A DNA stretch of 64,000 bases, from assembly GCF_035084215.1 (NCBI RefSeq), contig NC_090344.1, positions 52,142,001 through 52,206,000 on the forward strand, given 5' to 3'. The translations under genes and the position numbers were made by a program. Source of the DNA: Heptranchias perlo (Eukaryota). The notes beneath the pieces were generated by a model. The model did no database searches, was not told the origin of the DNA, and saw only the letters and a list, made by a program, of their open reading frames with translations. Every line of letters starts with the position of its first letter. Position 1 is the first letter of the stretch. Shown here piece by piece: positions 38,404-50,512 of the stretch.

Positions 38404-40328
38404 CTACAGGAGGAAAAGCACATGGTTAGCAATCAGTATCCAAAGTAATAGACACAATATAGGACAATAAGCTACTGGAGGATGGAAAGGTTTGAATCCC
38501 AAGCCCATTCAAACTAGGTAACATGGTGTAATTAACTACAGACATAATTTGTCCAATTTCTGAAACACTGGCAACTGCAATTAGCTTTTAAGAATAAACA
38601 CATTAACAACAACTAAAACTTCCTTCAGAGGCACACCTGTATCCTCTTTAGCATCGCTTCTGAACTGCTGATCCATAGTCCCTGATTCCAACGATATATC
38701 CAGAGTATCATAACATCTGCGGTCAATCTACATGAATATAGACTGGTGTTCCATGAAGGATTAGACCGCGGCTACTCAAGTCTAAAGAGAGAACAAATTC
38801 TAAATGGATGCCTCTCGCACTAAGTTTAAATGAAGGGAAGTGTCTTGGACCTGACGTGGAATAAGTTCCACCCCCATCTGGGTCATCAATATCACTGAAT
38901 GATCTGTTTCGTGATGATGTTTTCAGCTGAGCAGCACTGTGTACTTGGCAAAACAGGGCTATTACTGTTAAAAATGCACGTTACAGACACAAGAACGTTA
39001 CAATAAAATTACATACAATTGTGAACATAAACCATCACGTGATTATTTTACTCATGATCTCCTTAAAAACTTCTATTGGAAGTCATGGCAAGCAAATTGC
39101 CACAGTTCTAATGCTTAAATGACCAGTACAATTAGTTTTAACTTCTTGCAGGCTAAATTGCCGGACAAATAGCTATCTGTGTTATGGGTCAGATCCAAAG
39201 AATGAGTATTACATTATTTAAAAACAAAACAGAGGGAAAGAACAACCAGGGTACTTTTTGTATTAGTGGTTACAGAGTCGAGCACAAAATCATCTAAAGC
39301 TGAATCAGTCAGTCACAGAAGTGAGTTCTGTAACTTATCAACATTCCCAGATTAATACACTCCTCAATAAAACAGCATAATGCCTCTTAATTATTGGCTA
39401 CTTTTACATTCATACTGGTCAGATTTTCATAAGTTTCATTTTAACAAAATTTAGTTTGTTTAAAAAAAACAAATATTGAATGCATTTCTTCAAGCTGGTT
39501 TTGATTGACTTCAAATTGAAAATTGCTGGTTGCACCAGGGTTAAGGAAAGTGGTCAGCCCATGGTTTGAAATGGAGACTCGAGTCTGATGTGAATTTAAA
39601 CAATGAAGAATAGTGAGTACGGGAGGTCCACTGTGCTTAAGCTAAACAAAGACAAAACGTAAACCACAATGATGAACACATGACAATCTAAGCTGATACC
39701 CCAGCACTGGAAGAACACCAAACACAACAGTATACAGTTAGGTAATGCCTGCATCGAAAAGCAAGAAATATGTTCATTATCATTAGAATGGTAAAGGTGA
39801 TGGTAAACCAAGCTATGACAGTCAGCCTTGTTGGAAGTATCTTAACCACAAAGAAGTCCCCAATAGCCGCACAGATTGGGTCATTTGAAGTTGCCTTTCC
39901 CAACCCCAAAGAATCATGTTTGGGTAAACACCACCCATTCTCAGTACTTGTGCACTAAAAATTCTCTTCAAAATCACCTTGTGCATTTCTGCAATCCTCT
40001 TGCTCACCTTTTATTCTTAACCTTCAGCAGGGTGTATTACCTAAACCCTCTGTTAGATTTTTGTTTCGTGCTCCTTTCACTTTTGTCTTTTCTCCAATGC
40101 TGGACCATTTATCTGTTACCTATAATTTGCTTGTCTATTTTTTTTGAAAGATTGGTTTTATTTTAGAGCTGGAATAATTCTGCCAGGAGTAGTCAATGTC
40201 CAAACCAGCCCGTACCTTTTTGGGAGAAGCACTATAAAAGAATTGGGAATAGATTAAATTGACCAATAAAGTAAAAGAGGTTTGTAAAAATTATTAAATG
40301 AAGATAAAGATTTAATGGACTACATTTT

Positions 40329-42680
40329 GGCCCAGAAATTCAGGTATGCGGGGGTGGCAGGGACCAATCTCCACATCTGAATGGTGAGTCCTCTCGATAT
40401 CCCCACCATCACAAAAGCCAGTCTTCAGCCAATTCGATTCGCTCCACGTCATATCAAGAAACAGCTGAGTGCACTGGATACAGCAAAGGCGAGACAACAT
40501 CCCGGCTGTAGTGCTGAAAACTTGTGCTCCAGAACTAGCTGCGCCTCTAGCCAAACTATTCCAGTACAGCGACAACTCTGGTTTCTACCCGACAATGTGG
40601 AAAATTGCCCAGGTATGTCATGTCCATAAAAAGCAGGACAAATCCAATTAGTCAAATTACCACCCCATCAGTCTACTCTCAATCATCAGCAATGTCATGG
40701 AAGGTGTCGTCGACAGAACTACCAAGTGGCACTTACTCACCAATAACCTGCTCACCGATGCTCAGTTTGGGTTCCGCCAGGACCACTCGGCTCCAGACCT
40801 CATTACAGCCTTGGGCCAAGCATGGACAAAAGAGCTGAATTCCAGAGGTGAGGTGAGAGTGACTGCCCTTGACTTCAAGGCAGCATTTGACCGAGTGTGG
40901 CACCAAGGAGCTCTCGTAAAATTGAAGTCAATGGGAATCAGGGGGAAAACTCTCCAGTGGCTGGAGTCATAACTAGCACAAAGGAAGATGGTAGTGGTTG
41001 TTGGAGGCCAATCATCTCAGCCCCAGGACACTGCTGCAGGAGTTCCTCAGGGCAGTGTCCTTGTCAAAATTATCTTCAGCTGCTTCATTAATGACCTTCC
41101 CTCCATCATAAGGTCAGCAATGGGGATGTTCGCTGATGATTGCACAGTGTTCAGTTCCATTCGCAACTCCTCAAATAGTGAAGCAGTCCGTGCCCGCTTG
41201 CATCAAGACCTGGACAACATCCAGGCTTGGGTTAATAAGTGGCAAGTCACATTCGCTCCAGCCAAGTACCAGGCAATGACCATCTCCAACAAGAGAGAGT
41301 CTAACCAGCCCCCCTGAACATTCAACGGCATTACCATTGCCGAATCCCCCAATATCAACATCCTGGGGGTCACCATTGACCAGAAAATTAACTGGACCAG
41401 CCACATAAATATTGTGGCTACAAGAGCAGATCAGAGGCTGGGTATTCTACAGCGAATGACTCACCTCCTGACTCCCCAAAGCCTTTCCACCATCTACAAG
41501 GCACAAGTCAGGAGTGTGATGGAATACTCTCCACTTGCCTGGATGAGTGCAGCTCCAACAACACTCAAGAAGCTCAACACCATCAAGGACAAAGCAGCCC
41601 ACTTGATTGGCACTCCATCCACCACCCTAAACATTCACTCCCTTCAGCACTGGCGCACCGTGGTTGCAGTGTGTACCATCCACAGGATGCAGTGCAGCAA
41701 TTCGCCAAAGTTTCTTTGACAGCACCTCCCAAACCCCCAACCTCTACCGCCTAGAAGGACAAGGGCAGCAGGTACATGGGAAAACCACCACCTGCACGTT
41801 CCCCTTCAAGTCACACAACACTTGGAAATATATCGCTGTTCCTTCATCATCGCTAGGTCAAAATCCTGGAACTCCCTACCTAACAGCACTGTGGGAGAAC
41901 CTTCACCACACGGACGGCAGCGGTTCAAGGTAGCGGCTCACCACCACCTTCTCAAGGGCAATTAGGGATGGGCAATAAATGCTGGCTTTGCCAGCGTCGC
42001 CCAAATCCCATGAATGAATTTAAAAAAAGTCCTGAGGTTCACCCGATATTGGGCCTAAGGCATTATTTCCATTGAGCCAGCAAGCTGCGGAAAGTAACAG
42101 GCATCTCGCCAGTGAAGCAGCATTGAAGATTCAGCTGCTGCAATGCTAACAGCAGTCCTCAGGTAAATGAGGAAGGGGGAGACTGTGTCAACTCGGGAGC
42201 GGTGGGGGGAGGGGGGGGGGGTGACGGCAGGGAGGGAGAGATAGTAGCGACGATTGAAGGAGCAGGGGCTACCTTTGAATGTGGGGTCGGGGGGAGCATT
42301 CCTGCGCCTCCTGGCTTCACATTCAGGTAAACATATTTTAAAAAATAACATTATTGGTTGCGCCCTGTAGCAGTCCCTTTAAGGACCACCTGTTAGGCCA
42401 CGTGTAGACTGGTTTTCTGAGTGCAGCTGGCACTGGCTGCCTCAGGTCAAACCAATCGTGCAGTGGGGGCATTAAACAGGCATCAGGCTCCTAATTTGCA
42501 CGTGCAAAGAGCATAATGCCTGTATCAGGCATTGCATGCCGATTTTTTGGGACTTTACCATATTGCGGGCGATGCACCTCCAGCTCACAATGAGGATGAC
42601 CTTCCTGCCTGCCATATTAGAGGCTTAGGAGACCGTTTAGCGCACAAAAAGCAGGCGCTGTGTGACTGAATTTCGAGGTC
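40329..42680. mobile_element. Non-autonomous Harbinger-like MITE (about 700 bp), split by a LINE
   Basis: Ends GGCCCAGAAATTCAG (40329) and, reverse-complemented, GACCTCGAAATTCAG (42680). GC-rich body at 42029-42680. Confidence 0.6.
40385..42028 (+). mobile_element. 5'-truncated, decayed family-A CR1-group LINE
   Basis: Fragmented RT ORFs 40469-41719 nearly identical to the 20833 copy. A-tail at 42022-42028. Confidence 0.92.
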
Positions 42681-43841
42681 ATAATGCACTGCAAGTGCCC
42701 ACAAGAACCAAGACTTTGAACAAGAGTAACAGTTGAAGAGATGCCCACTTCATCTTGGTGATTTTCTACCTCCTGAAATTGCAGACTGGTTTAACTTTTA
42801 GAGCTCAATCCTTGGAGGATTGGATGAAGCTAGCTAATGTTGGCCTCTATCTATTGTTCCCTTTCAAGGAGAACATAAGAACATAAGAAATACGAGCAGG
42901 AAAAGGCCATATGGCCCCTCGAGCCTGCTCCGCCATTCAATCAGATCATGGCTGATCATCAACCTCAACTCCACTTTCCCGCCCAATCCCCATATCCCTG
43001 ATTGGCCTACAGTCCAAAAATCTATCTATCTCAGCCTTGAATATATTCAATGACTCAGCCCTCTGAGTAGAGAATTCCAAAGATTCACAACCCTCTGCAT
43101 GAAGAAATTCCTCCTCATCTCAGCCTGAAATGGCCAACCCCCTATCCTGAGACTATGCCCCCGAGTTCCAGACTCTCCAGTCAGGGGAAACAATCTCTCA
43201 GCATCTACCCTGTCAAGCCCTCTCAGAATCTTATATGTTTCAATGAGATCACCTCTCATTCTTCTAAACTCCAGAAAGTATGGGCCCATTACACTCAATC
43301 GCTTCTCATAGGACAACTCTCTCATCCCAGGAATCAATCTAGTGAACCTTCGTTGCACCACCTCCAAGGCAAGTATATCCTTCCTTAGGTAAGGAGGCCA
43401 AAATTGCACCCAGTACTCCAGGTGAGGTCTCACCAAAGGCCTGTACAATTGTAGCAAGGCTTCCTTACTTTTATACTCCAACCCCCTTGCAATAAAGGCC
43501 AACATGCCATTTGCCTTCCTAATTGCTTGCTGTACCTGCATGCTAACTTTTTGTGTTTCTTGTAAGAGGACACCCAAATCCCTCTGAACACCAACATTTA
43601 ATAGTTTCTCATCATTTTAAAAATATTCTGTTTTTCTATTCTTCCTACCAAAGTGAATAACCTCACATTTCCCCACATTATACTCCATCTGCCACCTTCT
43701 TGCGCACTCACTTAACCTGTCTATATCCCTTTGCAGACTCTGTTGTCCTTCTCACAGCTTACTGTCCCATCTAGCTTTGTATTGTCAGCAAACTTGGATA
43801 CATTACACTCGGTCCCTTCATCTAAGTCATTAATATAGATT

Positions 43842-46010
43842 AAGACAGTACATGAGCAGTGGTGTTCATTTAAGGAGTTATTTTACAACATTCAAAAAAT
43901 ATATATTCCACTGAGGAAAAAAGGGTGTAAAAGAAATGACAGCCATCCGTAGCTAAGTAAAGAAATTAAGGATAGTATCCGACTAAAAACAAGGACATAT
44001 ATGGTAGCCAAACTTAGTGGGAGGATAGAAGATTGGGAAGTCTTCAAAAGACAGCAAAAAGTAACTAAAGGATTGATTAAGAAAGGGAAGATAGATTATG
44101 AAAATAAATTAGCAAAAAATATAAAAACAGATAGCAAGAGTTTCTACAGTTATATAAAAAGAAAAAGGGTGGCTAAGGCAAACGTAGGTCCCTTAGAGGA
44201 TGAGACCGGGAAATTAATGGTGGGAAACATGGAGATGGCAAAAATGCTGAACAAATATTTTGTTTCAGTCTTTACGGTAGAGGACACTAAGAATATCCCA
44301 ACACTGGACAAACAGGGGGCTCTGGGGGGGGGGGGGGGGAGGAGGAGCTAAATACGATTAAAATCACTAAGGAATTGGTACTCAGTAAATTAATGGGACT
44401 CAAGGCGGATAAATCCCCTGGACCTGATGGCTTACATCCAAGGGTCTTGAGGGAAGTGGCAGTGGGGATTGTGGATGCTTTAGTAATAATTTTCCAAAAT
44501 TCTCTGCACTCGGCAAAGGTCCCGGCAGATTGGAAAACTGCTAATGTAACACCCTTATCCAAAAAGGGTAGTAGGCAGAAGGCTGGAAATTATAGACCAG
44601 TTAGCCTAACATCTGTGGTGGGTAAAATTTTGGAGTCTATTATTAAGGAGACAGTAGCAGATCATTTGGATAAACATAATTTAATAGGACAAAGTCAGCA
44701 TGGCTTTATGAAGGGGAAGTCATGTCTGACAAATTTGCTTGAGTTCTTTGAGGACATAACGTACAGGGTGGATAAAGGGGAACCAGTGGACGTGGTGTAT
44801 TTAGACTTCCAGAAGGCATTCGACAAGGTGCCACATAAAAGATTATTGCTCAAGATAAAGAATCACTGGAGTGGGGGTAATATTCTGGCATGGGTGGAGG
44901 ATTGGTTATCTAAAAGGAAGCAGAGAGTTGGGATAAATGGTTCATTCTCGGACTGGCAACCAGTAGCCAGTGGTGTTCCGCAGGGGTCGGTGCTGGGTCC
45001 CCAACACTTTACAATCTATATTAACGATTTGAAGGAGGGGACCGAGTGTAATATATCAAAGTTTGCAGATGATACAAAGATGGGAAGGAAAGTAGAGAGT
45101 GAGGAGGACATAAAAAACCTACAAGGGGATATAGACAGGCTGGGTGAGTGGGCAGAGATTTGGCAGATGCAATACAATATTGGAAAATGTGAGGTTATGC
45201 ACTTTGGCAGGAAAAATCAGAGAGCAAGTTATTATCTTAATGGCGAGAAACTGGAAAGTACTGCAATGCAAAGGGATCTGGGGGTCCTAGTGCAAGAAAA
45301 TCAAAAAGTTAGTATGCAGGTGCAGCAGGTGATCAAGAAGGCCAACGGAATGTTGGCTTTTATTGCTGCGGGGATAGAATATAACAACAGGGAGGTATTG
45401 CTGGAGTTATATGAGGTATTGGTGAGACCACACCTAGAATACTGCATACAGTTTTGGTGTCCATACTTAAGAAAAGACATACTTGCTCTCGAGGCAGTAC
45501 AAAGAAGGTTCACTCGGTTAATCCCGGGGATGAGGGGGTGGACATATGAGGAGAGGTTGAGTAGATTGGGACGCTACTCATTGGAGTTCAGGAGAATGAG
45601 AGGCGATCTTATTGAAACATATAAGATTGTGAAGGGGCTTGATCGGGTGGATGCGGTAAGGATGTTCCCAAGGATGGGTGAAACTAGAACTAGGGGGCAT
45701 AATCTTAGAATAAGGGGCTGCTCTTTCAAAACTGAGATGAGGAGAAACTTCTTCACTCAGAGGGTGGTAGGTCTGTGGAATTTGCTGCCCCAGGAAGCTG
45801 TGGAAGCTGCATCATTAAATAAATTTAAAACAGAAATAGACAGTTTCCTGGAAGTAAAGGGAATTAGGGGTTACAGGGAGCGGACAGGAAATTGGACATG
45901 AATTTAGATTTGAGGTTAGGATCAGATCAGCCATGATCTTATTGAATGGCGGAGCAGGCTCGAGGGGCCGATTGGCCTACTCCTGCTCCTATTTCTTATG
46001 TTCTTATGTT
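43842..46010 (+). mobile_element. Young 5'-truncated CR1-type LINE with an uninterrupted RT-to-C-terminus ORF
   Basis: ORF 44375..45901 (508 aa) has all RT motifs. The upstream part (44001..44351) is offset at a G homopolymer. Tail cttatgttcttatgtt. Confidence 0.95.
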
Positions 46011-46366
46011 TATTTTGTAAATAGCTGAGGCCCAAGCACCAATCCTTGCGGCAACCCACTAGTTACAGCCTGCCAACCTGAAAATGACCCGTTTATTCAT
46101 ACTCTGTTTTCTGTCCGTTAACCAATCCTCTATCCATGCTAATATGTTACCCCCAGCCCCATGAGCCCTTATCTTGTGTAACAACCTTTTATGTGGCAGC
46201 TTATCAAATGCCTTTTGAAAATCCAAATATACTATATCCACTGGTTCCCCTTTATCTACCCTGCCAGTTACACCCTCATTGTAATGTGTCCAAGTTTGCT
46301 GACTATTTGTCAAACACGATTTCCCCTTCATAAAACCATGTTGACTCTGCCTAATCATATTATGAT

Positions 46367-46533
46367 GTGGAGATGCCGGTGATGGACTGGGGTTGACAAT
46401 TGTAAACAATTTTACAACACCAAGTTATAGTCCAGCAATTTTATTTTAAATTCACAAGCTTTCGGAGGCTACCTCCTTCCTCAGGTGAACGATGCGGAAA
46501 TGAAGATTTTATAAATCAAATGATGATTTTATA
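46367..46533 (-). mobile_element. Penelope-like terminal fragment with 14-bp TSD
   Basis: AATCATATTATGAT at 46353-46366 and 46534-46547. Hammerhead motif followed by AATAAA on the minus strand. Confidence 0.75.
46451..46489 (-). ncRNA. Minimal type-I hammerhead ribozyme motif
   Basis: Minus strand UUCAC-CUGAGGA-A-GGAGG-uag-CCUCC-GAAA-GC-UU-GUGAA: perfect 5-bp stems I and II and a palindromic AGCU stem III. Confidence 0.75.
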
Positions 46534-47936
46534 AATCATATTATGATTTTCCAAGTGCCCTGTTACCACTTCCTTAATAATGGATTCCAGCATTTTCCGG
46601 ACAACCGATGTCAGGCTAACTGGCCTGTAGTTCCCTGTTTTCTCTCTCCCTCCTTTCTTGAATAGCGGTGTTACATTTGCCACCTTCCAATCTGCTGGGA
46701 CTGTTCTAGAATCTAGGGAATTTTGGAAGATTACAACCAATGCATCCACTATCTCTGCAGCCACCTCTAATAGAACCCTCGGATGTCGGGCATCAGGTCC
46801 AGGGGATTTGTCGGCTTTTAGTCCCATTAATTTCTCTAGTGATGTTAATTGCTTTAAGTTCCTCACTCTCATTATCCCCTTGGTTCCCCACTATTTCTGG
46901 TATGTTTTTTGTGTCTTCTACTGTGCAGACGGATACAAAATATTTGTTTAACATCTCTGCCATTTCCTTATTCCCCATTATAACTTCTCCTGTCTCAGCC
47001 TCTAAGAGACTTTTGCTACTCTCTTCCTTTTTACATACATGTCGAAGCTCTTACAAGCTATTTTTATATTTCTTGTTAGTTTACTCTCATTCTATTTTCT
47101 CACTTTTTATCAATTTTTTGGTCATCCTTTGCTGGTTTCTAAAACTCTCCCAATCCTCAGGCTTACTACTCTTCTTCGCAACATTATAGGCCTCTTCTTT
47201 TAATCTAATACTATCCTTTACTTCTTTAGTTAGCCATGGATGAATCACTTTTCCCATGGAGTTTTTTTCTCAATGCAATGTCTATTTGTTGAGAATTTTG
47301 AAATATTTCTTCAAATATTCACCTTTGCTTATTACCGTCATATCTTTTAATCTAATTTCCCAATCTACTTTAGCGCAACAGAAACAAAAATTGAGAAGGT
47401 CCAAAACCATAAATTGAAATTTGTAAGTATGAAACTCTTGAAACTCAGTGACCAGACACCATACATTAGTATTCCAAGCTCATCCATGCATGAACCAATG
47501 CCTTAAGTATGAGCAAGCAGTTGAAGACCATCCCAGCAAGTTTGACAAGACTTTGGAGAGATTCCCCAAGGGTATACTTAAATTGGTGGTTAATGTTGCA
47601 GGGGAAGTTTTACTGAATTGATGCACTTGTGTAACAATAAAAAAAGGTGCCAGCTTCGAGATATTAACCAAAGCACTGAGTTGCCCAACACTCTTTCTTT
47701 TATAATAATGGAACACACTCTGATGCTAAACAGGTAATGTTGTTAATGTCTCTTGACAGTTAGACAGAGAAAAGGCAAGTGAATCAGAGGATTTGAAGAG
47801 AATGCTTCCAAATAACCTCTACTGAATGAAAGGAGGAGATTTTTTGTGTCAGAAATGTGGCTGATGAACCAAGACTCAAGGTATGGAATACCACCAGTGT
47901 TTAATACAGTTGGAGAGATCAAGGCAAATCAAAGAC

Positions 47937-48345
47937 TAGAAACATAGAAACATGGAAAATAGGAGCAAGACTAGGCCATTCAGCCCTTCGGGCCTGCTCC
48001 GCCATTCAAAATGATCATGGCTGATCGTCTAACTCAGTACCCCGTTCCCACTTTTTCCCCATATCCCTTGATCCCTTTAGCATTAAAGGAGAGATTGGGT
48101 CGACTCGGCCTATATTCACTAGAGTTTAGAAGAATGAGAGGTGATCTCATCGAAACATATAAAATTCTAACATTCATTCTCGGGATGTGGGCCTCGCTGG
48201 GAAGGCCGGCATTTATTGCCCATCACCAAGTTGCCCCTTGAGAAGGTGGTGGTGAGCCGCCTTCTTGAACTGCTGCAGTCCGTGTGGTGAAGGTTCTCCC
48301 ACAGTGCTGTTTGGTAGGGCGTACCATGATTTTGACCCAGTGACT
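47937..48345. mobile_element. Composite of LINE fragments: CR1 3' end (-), inverted internal piece (+), family-A 3' end (-)
   Basis: 47937-48085 and 48086-48170 both align to the 11593-12333 family in opposite orientations. 48171-48345 aligns to the family-A tail. Confidence 0.8.
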
Positions 48346-48350
48346 CTTGG

Positions 48351-49272
48351 AGGATGTGGCTGTGTCTTGATACCCTCCCACTTAGTTAAATGTCCTGCCA
48401 TTGCTAATTATCAAGACTATGTGAACAATGGTTATTTGGATGCTTTGGTGATTTACTTACCCTTCAGGCTTATAGATTCCACCGTCTTTGTAGCACTCTG
48501 TGGCTCATATTCCAGTAAATACCCAATTCAGAATAAATTATCTTATATTTATGAAACAATAGAATCATCTAAAAAAAAAAACACAAAAACTCCTGTGATA
48601 CTGCTAAATAGTTTGACCTGGAGCCCAGGCACCCTTCCAGTACAGTTGGCTTTTACTGCCTCCTGAACTGAAGTGTATCTGGCAACATCAGGTTAATTTT
48701 AAAAAATTTCTTTACTTCCCCTCGAATAGGCCACAGGGAAAGCATCTCCAGCTAGGAGGTCCAGGCCACAACTACAAGACTGTTATTTGAGCGGCTACTT
48801 GAAGACACAAAGCAAGCAGAATCAGATGCCAAGTCAGGAACAATTGAGCAATGTGTTCCAGCCATGTGTTAATTACAAGTCAGCCCTGGCAATTACTAAT
48901 TGTGAATTGTTAATTGCAATAAGGAAAAGCCGTAGTCAAGTTTTCTGGTATCAAATGAAGGACTGTCAGTATGTTTGCCTCGTCCCCAAATTCCAGTTTT
49001 ATATGAATTCAGTTCCAAGCGAGCTTAACACAGTATTATGTATTACTTTGTTAGCATTTCCGTCTCCACCCACACCGCCCCCCACTTTTTGCTGAAAAGT
49101 TGTTCCCTCCCCATTTCTCCTGAAGGCAGTAACTAATGCTGGGTTACAATTCCACAGATTCAAGCAGCCATCTTGCACCACATCCAAATAACCATTGTTC
49201 ACATAGTCTTGATAATTAGCAATGGCAGGACATTTAACTAAGTGGGAGGGTATCAAGACACAGCCACATCCT
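48351..49272. repeat. Perfect 92-bp inverted repeat (48351-48442 and 49181-49272)
   Basis: Base-by-base reverse-complement identity. The ORF track shows the same peptide GCGCVLIPSHLVKCPAIANYQDYVNNGYLD on both strands. Confidence 0.95.
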
Positions 49273-50141
49273 GTCTCTTCTCCGTGCTCTACATTTTCCA
49301 GCCTGCAGTAAATTTTCCTCTCCTTAACCCAGGAATACTGAGACCAACTGTAGTGCCCCATTGCTGCCCCAACTAACTGAACACAGATTAGGAAATTAAA
49401 TCAGGATCTTCTTGACCTAGAAAGCTCAGCATCATACTATGACTTGCATTTGCCCACTGAGTTCTGGGTACATATGTTAAGAATTTATGTTAGGTAGAAT
49501 CTGGCTGTTTAGGTAAGGAATCACAGGGTAAATTCACTGAAACCACTCTTGAAGGGAGTGCAGGTGGAAAACCAATGCTGTGGGATTGTGTCCCTATCTC
49601 CAGACCCCGCTCCCTTTGAGCTTAGCTTCCTGCTGAAGTGCAGGGTCTTTACCCTTATAGTCCAAAATATTTTTTCTCAGGAGCCTTTAAATCCAGTTCA
49701 GACTGATTACATCAAAGCTACTTCTCTCCGCTGGCTGTAAAGTTTCTTGTAAAAAGGACTTTTGGTAGTCTCAACCTGGTATCCAAAAACAGGAGAAAAC
49801 TGCTCACAATTCAGGATGAATTAGCACTAAATTCATAGTCACACACACATATTCATTAGCAACACTAGCTGTCTTCCATTTACATTCAATATTTAATTAT
49901 AAATAAATTATATAGATGGCAATATTGCAGATTCCCATCCTCATCTTCAAATCCCTCCACATCCTGACCCCTAGCTGCCTCTGTCATCCCCGCCAGTTTG
50001 TGTCCCTGCCCCCACCATCTGGTCCACCCATCACTTGTAATCATTTCCTCCATCAGTGGCTGCTCCTTTAGTAACTTTTCTCCACCTTCAAACTCCCTCT
50101 CTGAGCAATTCCATTTTGTCACCTCCCTCCTGACTCTGGTA

Positions 50142-50512
50142 TAGGGTTACCAACCCTCCAGGATTGCCCTGGAATCTCCAGGAATTCAAGACTAAAGTGC
50201 AGGACATTGCTGTGAGCAACACTGGAGAAAAATTCTAGGGGCATTAAAAAATTGTGCTTTTAAAAAAATTTTCTTTCACACTTTTGTTTATATATCGGAC
50301 ATGGGAAAAAAGGCCGTTGACCAACAGTCAAGAATCATCCAATCAGGTAATGAAGAGTCTGTTCACTTTCCGATTGGTGTAGGAAGACAGTGCACCGTGA
50401 GTATGGACACGTTGGTTGTCCAATGGCGGGAGTGTGGGAGCAGAGGGCTTGGAGACAGGAGGACATGTGCTGAAACCTCCAGGAATATGTCCAACCAGTG
50501 TTGGCAACCCTA
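50142..50512. mobile_element. hAT-type MITE (371 bp) within an L2-like remnant
   Basis: TIRs tagggttaccaac and gttggcaacccta (12/13). 8-bp flanks ctctggta and ctctcata (6/8). Confidence 0.75.

Larger units (their letters stand above)
42873..47375 (-). mobile_element. CR1-type LINE host carrying two nested insertions
   Basis: ORFs 46793..46978, 46516..46872, 46059..46409 and 43047..43577 are colinear ORF2 pieces. Tail aacataagaacataag at 42873. Interrupted at 43842-46010 and 46367-46533. Confidence 0.9.
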
